Assembly: GCA_902799185.1 (NCBI GenBank)
Contig: CADBZO010000004.1
Location: 485 to 64,484, forward strand
Direction: 5' to 3'
Origin: an uncultured Bacteroidales bacterium
GTDB lineage: Bacteria; Bacteroidota; Bacteroidia; Bacteroidales; Paludibacteraceae
Length of the DNA stretch: 64,000 bases
Shown: piece by piece, positions 53,827 to 61,727 of the stretch
Layout of the letters: the number at the start of each line of letters is the position of its first letter
Position numbering within the stretch: position 1 is the first letter of the stretch
Notes under the pieces: generated by a model
Database searches by the model: none
What the model was told of the DNA's origin: nothing
What the model saw: only the letters and a program-made list of their open reading frames with translations
Translations under genes and position numbers: made by a program

Positions 53827-54718
53827 TTATTGCCAAAGGGTTTCTTTGTCCCAATCTGTAGGGAAACCCATAGCACTTATATCAGCATCGGGAAACTCTG
53901 CAAAGAGGGCTTTCAGTCGAGCAGGGAACGTTGTGTTAGGATTGACCTTCAGCAACAGATATTGGATGATGCACAATACATAGTACAATCGATCACTGCG
54001 TACCGGAGTTGATATGAACATGCCATTAACCTTACGCGGGAATAATGGACGGATACGGAGCGTTTTATTCCAAAGACGGCTATGGTGCGCGCATATATTT
54101 CGCACGTACACAATACTATGCAACCATGACTCAAACACACTATCGCTCACTCCATAGTAATTTGCAATCCTCCGTTTCGTGAGACTCGGTTTGAGCAACT
54201 TATAAAGCATTGAAAGCGTGCCAAAAGAAGTGACTTCCATCGTCATCCATGCCGGTGGAAATGCATCATCATACTTGCGTTTGAAAAGCAAGATTTGGTC
54301 ATCGTCCGTTCTGTCTAACTCTGATTGCAGACTGACTGGCAATGAGTCCCGCGTGCTTGGTCGTACTGACAAAATTGGCAGCATCAGCAAACCAATAGAT
54401 ATCCACTTCATCCGAAAGCGTATAAGCCATTTGCGTACGGATGGAGACCTCAATCTTTTCCAACTCTCCGGCAATCAACTTGCGGAGGCGACTATCAAAC
54501 TTATACAACGTATAAGCTTGCTCAAAGGTTGCATCGTTCTTGAAAGTATGCAGCACTTTGTCGCTCATCAACGGCATTAGGTAACTCTTCAATCGGAAAT
54601 AACTAATCTGTTGCAATGTATGCAACGCTTTGGACTCATCCGCGAACGAAAGTCCATTGCCTTTGAGCAACGCTATCTGCTGCTGAAAGGATAGTGGTTT
54701 GTCGGTATAATTAGCCAT
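53827..54718 (-). pseudogene. Abi_2 (AbiD/AbiF-like) abortive-infection gene, frameshifted
   Basis: The N-terminal 139-aa ORF (54299-54718) and the C-terminal ORF (53827-54474) overlap in different frames. Together they give the Abi_2 layout (ISYFRLKSY...RNICAHHSRLWN). Confidence 0.7.
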
Positions 54719-54870
54719 ATTTACAAAAAAGACTTACCCTAAGCGCGCTGATCTTACGGGAAGCGGGGTAAGTTTGTTGGTGCAAAAGTACTGCTTTTTT
54801 CTGACATGTGCAAATATTTGAAGCAGAAAATGCAGAAAAAGTGTAAAATTTAATAAAAAATTAACAAAAA

Positions 54871-55191
54871 ATGGCAATTATGAACGAAAAACAAATGAGT
54901 TTGGAGCAAATGTGTGCGATGATTGAGAAAATGCACGCGAGTTTAGAAGATTTGGAAAAAGCCTTAAATGAGGGAGTTTTGGAAGGGGATGAGAAATGGA
55001 TGTTTCCGGAAGGTAATTACACGGTCTTAGCGATATGGCTGCTGTATGATCCAAAGGCGCGGAGATTGTTTGCGGTGAACGAGCGGAAGAGTTGGGTTGA
55101 ATTAGCGGAGAGACTGACAAAATACGTAGAATGGATGGTGGATTGGGATTGTTTACGAAGGAATTACACGCGAAAAAGCTTTCGAAAATAA
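54871..55191 (+). CDS. Hypothetical protein (106 aa)
   Basis: ORF followed by the hairpin ttgtccg-N7-cggacaa (55205-55226). Confidence 0.5.
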   Translation: MAIMNEKQMSLEQMCAMIEKMHASLEDLEKALNEGVLEGDEKWMFPEGNYTVLAIWLLYDPKARRLFAVNERKSWVELAERLTKYVEWMVDWDCLRRNYTRKSFRK

Positions 55192-55255
55192 AAATACAGC
55201 CAAGTTGTCCGCTAAAAACGGACAAGTTGTCCTCGCACAGGTCAAGGAAAAGCAG

Positions 55256-55263
55256 TAATTTTG
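55256..55263 (+). promoter_or_regulatory. -7 box TAATTTTG
   Basis: Matches TAnnTTTG upstream of the ATG at 55328. Confidence 0.4.
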
Positions 55264-55327
55264 CGGCGGAATTTCACAGCTAACGGCTGGCGCCAGCCAT
55301 TTTAGTAACCAATAAAACAGTATTAAA

Positions 55328-55867
55328 ATGGCAAAAGAGTATTATTGCTACCCCCGTGAGGGGTTTGTGCCGGAGGTTTGCACGCATGAAGGGCTTTATC
55401 TCGCACATGCACAAGGCACTCCATTCTGGCTGTCTGAAAAGGGCGATGTATTCATTCGTTACGCCAACGGGCGTTGGCACAGGCGTATCGTAGATACATG
55501 TGCCCGAAAAAGTTACAACACACGCACACCGAATGGTGTCATTAGAGGCAGGATATACCCGGGTGTGACGTACAAAGGCGTACACTACCGCGTGCATATC
55601 CTCATGGCACTGGCTTGGATCGGTTCCATTCCCGCAGGTTGGGAGGTGGATCATATCAACGGCGACATCAACAACTGGACGCGCGACAACATCCGTATCG
55701 TGACCGTGGCGGAGAACTACCGATGCGCGGTTATACTGCGGGCAAGGCGCATGGTGGCACGGCAAGACAATGATCCAAGCAAACTGCCGGAGAACATGTC
55801 TTCCGAAGAATTACTCCAATTGTTTAACATGTACAACGTAGCCGGTGACGTTTACGCCGGAGAATAA
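55328..55867 (+). CDS. Phage-type HNH (HNH_3) endonuclease
   Basis: HILMALAWIG...WEVDHINGDINNWTRDNIRIVTVAEN. Confidence 0.7.
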   Translation: MAKEYYCYPREGFVPEVCTHEGLYLAHAQGTPFWLSEKGDVFIRYANGRWHRRIVDTCARKSYNTRTPNGVIRGRIYPGVTYKGVHYRVHILMALAWIGSIPAGWEVDHINGDINNWTRDNIRIVTVAENYRCAVILRARRMVARQDNDPSKLPENMSSEELLQLFNMYNVAGDVYAGE

Positions 55868-55868
55868 T

Positions 55869-56255
55869 ATGAACACAACGAATTTGAAAGAGTTGCGTGA
55901 GTTGCGCAACCAAGAAAAAGCTATTAAAGCACGTATTGACGAGATTTCTACCGAGGCGACCAACGAAGCCGTTGCCATCCTTGCTGAAAAGGGGTTGGAG
56001 AAAGGCGAATTTGAGGTGGAAGGCGTTGGTAAGTTCCAACTCCAGCGCACCGAGGTTTTCGACTTTGCCGATTACCACAAGTACCAACAGGAACAGGCGG
56101 TAAAATGGCGCGAGAATGCCAAGGAGAAAGTCAAAGAGCAAAATCTGGTCAAAGCCCGTACCGCTGTCATGAACGGATACGTGAAGACGTTCGTGGAGTT
56201 GTACCCAGACCAAGAGCCGGACGAGATCAAGCTGAAGGTGAAAGTGATAGAGTAA
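55869..56255 (+). CDS. Hypothetical protein (128 aa)
   Basis: The ATG lies directly after the HNH stop. Charged, coiled-coil-like sequence. Confidence 0.5.
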   Translation: MNTTNLKELRELRNQEKAIKARIDEISTEATNEAVAILAEKGLEKGEFEVEGVGKFQLQRTEVFDFADYHKYQQEQAVKWRENAKEKVKEQNLVKARTAVMNGYVKTFVELYPDQEPDEIKLKVKVIE

Positions 56256-56364
56256 AGACAAAAAAGAAAAGTAGCAAAAGAATAAAAAGAAAATCGTAGT
56301 GGGGAGACTCTCTGCATAGAAAATACTCTCTCTGTAGTCCCCCTCGCTATTTTTAAGAAAATTT

Positions 56365-56778
56365 ATGGAAGCTTTAGACGACATTTTGAGGAAACGTAGA
56401 AGCTGGGCGGTGATGGTGGACTTGCTGACACCCAACATCGCTCCGCAGTATGCACACATGGTGAAGCCGGCACAGGAGCAATGGAACGCTATTCCGTTGC
56501 AACGGCAGAGGCAGATTTATGTCACGCTTTGGGAGCAGAAACTACGCGGAGTGGCCATCAAAAATCATCCGTACTATGCTATCAAAGACTGTGTGCCGAT
56601 GCCGTTCAACTGGAACGGTACGGACCACCTCAACAGTATGATGAAGCATTTTAAGATGGTCAGTGCCCGGTACTATGACCGCTACGGCATCTACACCGCC
56701 CAAGCCGCTGAAGCGTTCCAGTTGAATGATGTTAAACCTTTAAATTTCAAAGCAAATGGCAAGCAAAGAAACGAATGA
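56365..56778 (+). CDS. Hypothetical protein (137 aa)
   Basis: ORF in a same-strand overlapping series. Confidence 0.5.
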   Translation: MEALDDILRKRRSWAVMVDLLTPNIAPQYAHMVKPAQEQWNAIPLQRQRQIYVTLWEQKLRGVAIKNHPYYAIKDCVPMPFNWNGTDHLNSMMKHFKMVSARYYDRYGIYTAQAAEAFQLNDVKPLNFKANGKQRNE

Positions 56779-57055
56779 AGCGTTTATGGAACGCATAATT
56801 AACGAGATTGATTTATGGCAAGAAGGAAACCGGAAACATCGAGCCGCTATGGTGGTATTCATGGACGAGAACGGGAAGAACCGGTTCCAAGCATTCTCGG
56901 ACAACAAGGGCAAGAACCCGTGGCTGCGGTTCATCGGCATCATGTCAGGCGGTTTGGCGAGTTGTGAGGCTCTGTATAACAGCGCGGTGCTAATGGTGAA
57001 ATTAGCAACGAAAATTCGTAACAGAAAGGAAAAAGAAAATGCTGCGGATAAGTAA
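56756..57055 (+). CDS. Hypothetical protein (99 aa)
   Basis: ORF that overlaps its neighbours at both ends. Confidence 0.5.
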   Translation: MASKETNEAFMERIINEIDLWQEGNRKHRAAMVVFMDENGKNRFQAFSDNKGKNPWLRFIGIMSGGLASCEALYNSAVLMVKLATKIRNRKEKENAADK

Positions 57056-57263
57056 AGAACAGGTGGCGCGGAACTTGGCAAACAAAGTGCCGATAGCCGA
57101 TGACAAGACACCGATACAGGCATTGAACATACTTGTACACGGTTGGCTCAAATACCGGAAATACGGGAAGAAGTACTACTTTGCGATACACAACAGAGAT
57201 TTCTTGTATATCACCGAAATACATGATTTAAGCAGTTATGCAGGGTGCGATTTAAGCCAATAA
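57039..57263 (+). CDS. Hypothetical protein (74 aa)
   Basis: ORF overlapping the upstream stop. Confidence 0.4.
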   Translation: MLRISKEQVARNLANKVPIADDKTPIQALNILVHGWLKYRKYGKKYYFAIHNRDFLYITEIHDLSSYAGCDLSQ

Positions 57264-57306
57264 AATCGTTTTTTCAATCGTGATTAAATTTGCGGGTTCA
57301 CATTTT

Positions 57307-57336
57307 TTGCGGGCTCGCATTTTTGTTGTACCTTTG
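57307..57336 (+). promoter_or_regulatory. Promoter TTG-N19-TACCTTTG (copy 4 of the conserved promoter)
   Basis: ttgcgggctcgcatttttgttgtacctttgcac. Confidence 0.6.
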
Positions 57337-57445
57337 CACCGTCGTTTGAGAGAAGGACAAAATCCGAGGTCTTGAACACGTATGAGATACGTATGAGAGA
57401 CGGATAAAAAATATTTATTGTTAAACACTTAAAACCTAAACTATT

Positions 57446-57757
57446 ATGGCAAAGTACAAACCTATTGACATGGTAAAAGAGTACCGTGGGAAGATTTGCG
57501 AACATTCGGACACGTATTTCCAGAAACGCGGACGCACGCTGTGCACCGGTCGCATCTGTGAACCGCGTGACTTGGCAAAAAAGCCGTACTCCGAGAAAGA
57601 GATTGTAACTCACACCAAGTTCCAGCAGACCTATGCTGCTATCAAAGCACTGACACCGGAACAAAAAGCGGAGTACAAAACCGCGTTCGAGGCGCAGAGC
57701 AAGTACACCTCATTGCGAGGATATATCTTCGCGAAAGAGTATGCGAAATTAGCGTAA
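57446..57757 (+). CDS. Hypothetical protein (103 aa), same family as 34851-35201
   Basis: Shares the N-terminal ..V.EYRGKI motif. The leader contains the duplicated 11-mer acgtatgagat/acgtatgagag. Confidence 0.55.
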   Translation: MAKYKPIDMVKEYRGKICEHSDTYFQKRGRTLCTGRICEPRDLAKKPYSEKEIVTHTKFQQTYAAIKALTPEQKAEYKTAFEAQSKYTSLRGYIFAKEYAKLA

Positions 57758-57820
57758 TACAAGCGGGATGCCATCCCGCGCAAAGAAAGATCATTAACCT
57801 AAACTTTAACTATTTTTATT

Positions 57821-58201
57821 ATGGCAGATGTAGTTTTTGAGGACCCGATTCACCACATTTCGGGCAAGATTTCAAGAAAGTACCGGACCTGTTACAACTA
57901 CCGCCGTTGGAGCGGGCGTAAGTACACGAGCATTCACGGAGACCGGACTACGCCGGTGAGTGCCGAGGAGAAAGCACGACAGGAGCGGTTCAAGGTAGTG
58001 CGTCTGGCGGCACGGAGCCGTGCGATGGATCTGAGCAAGCTGACCTACGACCAGATGGATTTCGTCGAGGAGCGCAAGACCAAAGGCACAGCGTTCAAGT
58101 ACACGACCTACAAGGGTTGGCTGTTCGGAAAGGCGTGGAAATGCTACGACGAGAGTACGGGGCAAGTGAACATGCCGGAGCGGTTGAACACCGTGGGGTA
58201 A
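57821..58201 (+). CDS. Hypothetical protein (126 aa), same family
   Basis: IHHISGKISRK...TPVSAEEKARQERF. Confidence 0.55.
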   Translation: MADVVFEDPIHHISGKISRKYRTCYNYRRWSGRKYTSIHGDRTTPVSAEEKARQERFKVVRLAARSRAMDLSKLTYDQMDFVEERKTKGTAFKYTTYKGWLFGKAWKCYDESTGQVNMPERLNTVG

Positions 58202-58232
58202 ATTGTTAAACCGTTAAACCGTTAAATTGTTA
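58201..58232. repeat. Four tandem 8-bp units (AAYYGTTA)
   Basis: aattgtta aaccgtta aaccgtta aattgtta lies immediately before the ATG at 58232. Confidence 0.9.
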
Positions 58233-58435
58233 TGACTAAACAGCAGATTTATAAAATGGTAGCAACAGTGGCTACCGCTATCGTGACGTGTGTGGCGATT
58301 GCGCTGGGGCTGAGTTCGTGCAACGTGACAAGGACAATCACCACCCGAAGCGAGGCATGGCAGAAAGGCGACACAAGCGTGGTTATTCAAACCAAGACGG
58401 TGGAGACCTACGATGCGTCGAAAAAGGGGTTGTAA
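58232..58435 (+). CDS. Small lipoprotein (67 aa)
   Basis: Lipobox LGLSSC. The C-terminus QTKTVETYDASKK recurs in the partial gene at 63958-64000. Confidence 0.55.
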   Translation: MTKQQIYKMVATVATAIVTCVAIALGLSSCNVTRTITTRSEAWQKGDTSVVIQTKTVETYDASKKGL

Positions 58436-58478
58436 CTCGCGGAAACAGCCGCGAGAACTAAACGGCAAAGAGCGGAGG

Positions 58479-58505
58479 GGAGCGGCAGAGATGCCGCTCC
58501 TTTTT
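58479..58505 (+). terminator. Rho-independent terminator
   Basis: ggagcggc-agagat-gccgctcc followed by ttttt. Confidence 0.7.
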
Positions 58506-58820
58506 CCGATAGACCGATAGATCGGGTTATCGAGAGATCGAAGGAAAAGACGAACCGGCATCAAATGCCGGGCTAATTGACGAAGAAAAACGCGCATGGA
58601 TACGCGGAGCATAAACGCTACATCCGACCGATGGTAATTATAAATACGCGAAGCGTTGCTTTTCCCCCTTTAAATTTTTCGCGAAGCGAGTAAATAAAAT
58701 AATAAAGAGCAAGAAGAAGATATATTGTGCAAAGAGGGGTATTATTCTGAGCGAGGAGAGAGTATAAAAAAAGCGGGCAACTATGAAATAGAAGCCCGCC
58801 TTTCGTTAGCAAGAGATGGA

Positions 58821-59294
58821 TCATTCCTGCATCAATAATTGCATAACCACTTTGGCGGAGTAGGCAACCGGGGTGCCGGGGCCAAAGATGGCGGCAACAC
58901 CGGCTTTGTAGAGGAAGTCATAGTCCTGCGCGGGGATGACACCACCAGCGGTGACCATGATATCCGGACGGCCGAGTTTCTTGAGCTCCTCGATGACCTG
59001 CGGGATGAGGGTCTTGTGACCTGCCGCAAGAGAGGAGACACCCAGTACATGGACATCGTTCTCCACCGCCTGTTTAGCTGCCTCTGCCGGAGTCTGGAAC
59101 AACGGTCCCATATCGACATCAAAGCCGCAATCGGCATAACCGGTGGCTACCACTTTGGCGCCACGATCATGGCCATCCTGTCCCATCTTGGCAATCATGA
59201 TACGGGGTTGACGACCTTCTTTCTTGGCAAACTCTGCCGTGAGACGACAAGCTTCCTGGAAGTTATCGTCGTTCTTAGTACCTGAAGCGTACAC
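58821..59294 (-). CDS. mutB: Methylmalonyl-CoA mutase large subunit, B12-binding domain portion (separate frame)
   Basis: [18 protein letters not shown] (DxHxxG B12 motif) ...GVSSLAAGH... The frame stays open upstream to 59336 and reads [26 protein letters not shown]. Confidence 0.85.
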   Translation of the reverse strand: MYASGTKNDDNFQEACRLTAEFAKKEGRQPRIMIAKMGQDGHDRGAKVVATGYADCGFDVDMGPLFQTPAEAAKQAVENDVHVLGVSSLAAGHKTLIPQVIEELKKLGRPDIMVTAGGVIPAQDYDFLYKAGVAAIFGPGTPVAYSAKVVMQLLMQE

Positions 59295-59329
59295 GCCTGA
59301 AATAGTTCTGATGGTTGCTTTATAACGTC

Positions 59330-60904
59330 CTACGACTTTCTCGCAGGCATCGGAGATCTCGCCGAGCCGTCAGCCCATTTCTGTACGGACTCGGTGATCT
59401 CTGCAAGGGCAGCCTGCACGGCTTTCTCGTCACGGTTAGCACGGAGTTCAGCGAGGCGTGCTACCTGTTGCTCACGCACGGCGGTGTTATCAATCTCAAG
59501 GATATCAATCGGGTCTTCGTGCTCCAGACGATACTCGTTGATACCGATGATCTTCTGTTTGCCGGAGTCGATACGCGCCTGTGTACGAGCGGCGGCTTCC
59601 TCGATACGCATCTTAGGAATACCGGTCTCGATAGCTGCTGCCATACCGCCCAGTTTCTCGATCTCCTGGATATGTGCCCACGCTTTCTCCATGAGTTCCT
59701 GGGTCAGCGACTCTACGTAGTAGGAACCGCCCCACGGGTCGATCTCCTTGCAGATCTTGGTCTCCTCCTGGATGTAGATCTGGGTGTTACGAGCGATACG
59801 AGCGGAGAAGTCCGTCGGCAGCGCGATGGCCTCGTCGAGTGCGTTGGTGTGGAGCGACTGGGTGTGACCGAGTGCAGCTCCCATCGCCTCGATACAGGTA
59901 CGGCCTACGTTGTTGAACGGGTCCTGCTCGGTGAGCGACCAACCGGAGGTCTGACAGTGAGTACGGAGCGCCATGGATTTCGGGTTCTTGGCACCGAAAG
60001 ACTTGACGATCTTCGCCCAGAGCATACGTCCTGCACGCATCTTGGCAATCTCCATGAAATGGTTCATACCGATTGCCCAGAAGAAGGACAGACGCGGAGC
60101 GAAAGTGTCCACATCCATGCCGGCGTTGACACCTGCGCGGAGGTACTCCATACCATCGGCAAGCGTGTAAGCCAACTCGATATCCGCCGTAGCACCGGCT
60201 TCCTGCATGTGGTAACCGGAGATGGAGATGGAGTTGAACTTAGGCATGTTCTGCGAGGTATATTCGAAGATATCAGCGATGATCTTCATGGAGAACTTAG
60301 GCGGATAGATATAGGTGTTACGCACCATGAACTCCTTGAGGATATCGTTCTGGATGGTACCTGCCATCTCCTCGAGTTTGGCACCCTGCTCGAGTCCGGC
60401 GTTGATATAGAACGCGAGGATAGGCAGCACGGCGCCGTTCATGGTCATGGAGACGGACATCTTATTCAACGGAATACCGGCGAAGAGGACTTTCATGTCC
60501 TCCAGCGAGCAGATGGACACACCTGCTTTGCCGACGTCACCTACGACGCGCATGTTATCGGCGTTGTAGCCGCGGTGGGTCGGGAGGTCGAAGGCTACGG
60601 ACAGACCTTTCTGACCGGAAGCGAGGTTACGGCGGTAGAAAGCGTTGGACTCCTCTGCGGTGGAGAATCCGGCGTACTGGCGGATGGTCCAGGGACGCAG
60701 CGGATACATGGCGCTGTACGGGCCACGGAGGAACGGAGGGATACCGGAGACGTAGTCGAGGTGCTCCATGCCTTTGAGGTCCTCTTTGGTATAGATCGGC
60801 TTGACGTCGATGAGCTCCGGCGTCTGCCAGTCGGCGGTGTTCGGGCCAACTACTTTGCTGGCCGAAACCTGTGTAATGTCAATATCTTTAAAATTCGGCT
60901 TCAT
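59330..60904 (-). CDS. mutB: Methylmalonyl-CoA mutase large subunit, catalytic barrel portion
   Basis: [18 protein letters not shown]...[11 protein letters not shown]... is typical MCM. It ends prematurely after ...[13 protein letters not shown]. Confidence 0.85.
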   Translation of the reverse strand: MKPNFKDIDITQVSASKVVGPNTADWQTPELIDVKPIYTKEDLKGMEHLDYVSGIPPFLRGPYSAMYPLRPWTIRQYAGFSTAEESNAFYRRNLASGQKGLSVAFDLPTHRGYNADNMRVVGDVGKAGVSICSLEDMKVLFAGIPLNKMSVSMTMNGAVLPILAFYINAGLEQGAKLEEMAGTIQNDILKEFMVRNTYIYPPKFSMKIIADIFEYTSQNMPKFNSISISGYHMQEAGATADIELAYTLADGMEYLRAGVNAGMDVDTFAPRLSFFWAIGMNHFMEIAKMRAGRMLWAKIVKSFGAKNPKSMALRTHCQTSGWSLTEQDPFNNVGRTCIEAMGAALGHTQSLHTNALDEAIALPTDFSARIARNTQIYIQEETKICKEIDPWGGSYYVESLTQELMEKAWAHIQEIEKLGGMAAAIETGIPKMRIEEAAARTQARIDSGKQKIIGINEYRLEHEDPIDILEIDNTAVREQQVARLAELRANRDEKAVQAALAEITESVQKWADGSARSPMPARKS

Positions 60905-60945
60905 AACTTTTCAATTTTGAGTCAACAATTTTAGTTTTTCTTTTA

Positions 60946-61110
60946 GGTCAACAATTAAAGACAATTAAAGACAATTTCTTTTCATTGCTGGCTTGTCTCT
61001 TGAGTCGACTATTAAAAACAATTTAAGACAATTTTGATAATTGTTGGTAATTGTGGATAATTGTTGACTTATCTTTTGTGGTCAACAATTAAAGACAATT
61101 TAAGACAATT
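60946..61110. repeat. Decamer-phased ACAATT arrays (direct and inverted) flanking the GxxExxY gene, left side
   Basis: ggtcaacaattaaagacaattaaagacaatt (60946-60976, and again at 61080-61110) with the inverted partner taattgttggtaattgtggataattgttgac (61038-61068). Confidence 0.85.
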
Positions 61111-61111
61111 T

Positions 61112-61588
61112 CTATCTTCTCATCTCGGCGATGAGATGATGAATATCGGATAATTTAATATTATCTGGAATCTTGTATCTGAAGAATGAAACATCATTGG
61201 TTTCTGCATCGTAAAAATACTTCTCCACATAAACACTTCTGCCAAAGTTAATCAACAGACCTATCGGCTTTTGAGTAATCCTAAGGTAGTTGAATAACTG
61301 CGCCCTGTGCTCGGGAATAACTTCTTCTACGGCTTTCAGTTCAATGATAATATCCTCCTCTACAACAATATCCAAACGATAGTGCTTCTCCAACAACTGA
61401 CCTTTGTAGAACACAGGAAACTCCACTTGGTTCTCTGCTCGCAGACCGAGCGCTTTGAGTTCCAAGCAAAGACATTCCTCATAAATAGCTTCCGAGAGGC
61501 CATAATGTAACTCCCGATGAACCTCATGTGCTGCGCCAATAATGGCGTATATCAGGTTCGCGTATGCTATTTGTTCTAATTCGGTCAT
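61112..61588 (-). CDS. GxxExxY-family protein (PD-(D/E)xK-like)
   Basis: GLSEAIYEECL (the GxxExxY motif), DIVVEEDIIIELKAV, and IGLLINFG at the end. Confidence 0.75.
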   Translation of the reverse strand: MTELEQIAYANLIYAIIGAAHEVHRELHYGLSEAIYEECLCLELKALGLRAENQVEFPVFYKGQLLEKHYRLDIVVEEDIIIELKAVEEVIPEHRAQLFNYLRITQKPIGLLINFGRSVYVEKYFYDAETNDVSFFRYKIPDNIKLSDIHHLIAEMRR

Positions 61589-61620
61589 AAATTAATTGTT
61601 CTTTTTTAGTTTTTATATGT

Positions 61621-61697
61621 GGTCAACAATTAAAGACAATTAAAGACAATTCGAGTCATTTTTTTTAATTGTTGGTAATTGTTGATAATTGTTGACT
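61621..61697. repeat. Decamer-phased ACAATT arrays, right side
   Basis: ggtcaacaattaaagacaattaaagacaatt (61621-61651) and taattgttggtaattgttgataattgttgac (61667-61697). Confidence 0.85.
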
Positions 61698-61727
61698 AAA
61701 AAAACTATAATATTGTTGACTTGTTAG

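Larger units (their letters stand above)
49100..59116. mobile_element. Roughly 10 kb insertion into the 3' end of mutB, bounded by 296-bp direct repeats; no integrase found
   Basis: The repeats share an identical 49-bp stretch (49051-49099 and 59068-59116). The interior is AT-richer and carries phage/defence-type cargo. Confidence 0.55.

Noticed and set aside
53637-53876. Small ORFs between the five-gene operon and the Abi gene (53637-53876 minus, 53676-53861 plus, 53767-54012 plus).
   Set aside because: They are mutually overlapping and have no coding signature. The region contains the promoter palindrome and the 3' end of the Abi_2 gene.
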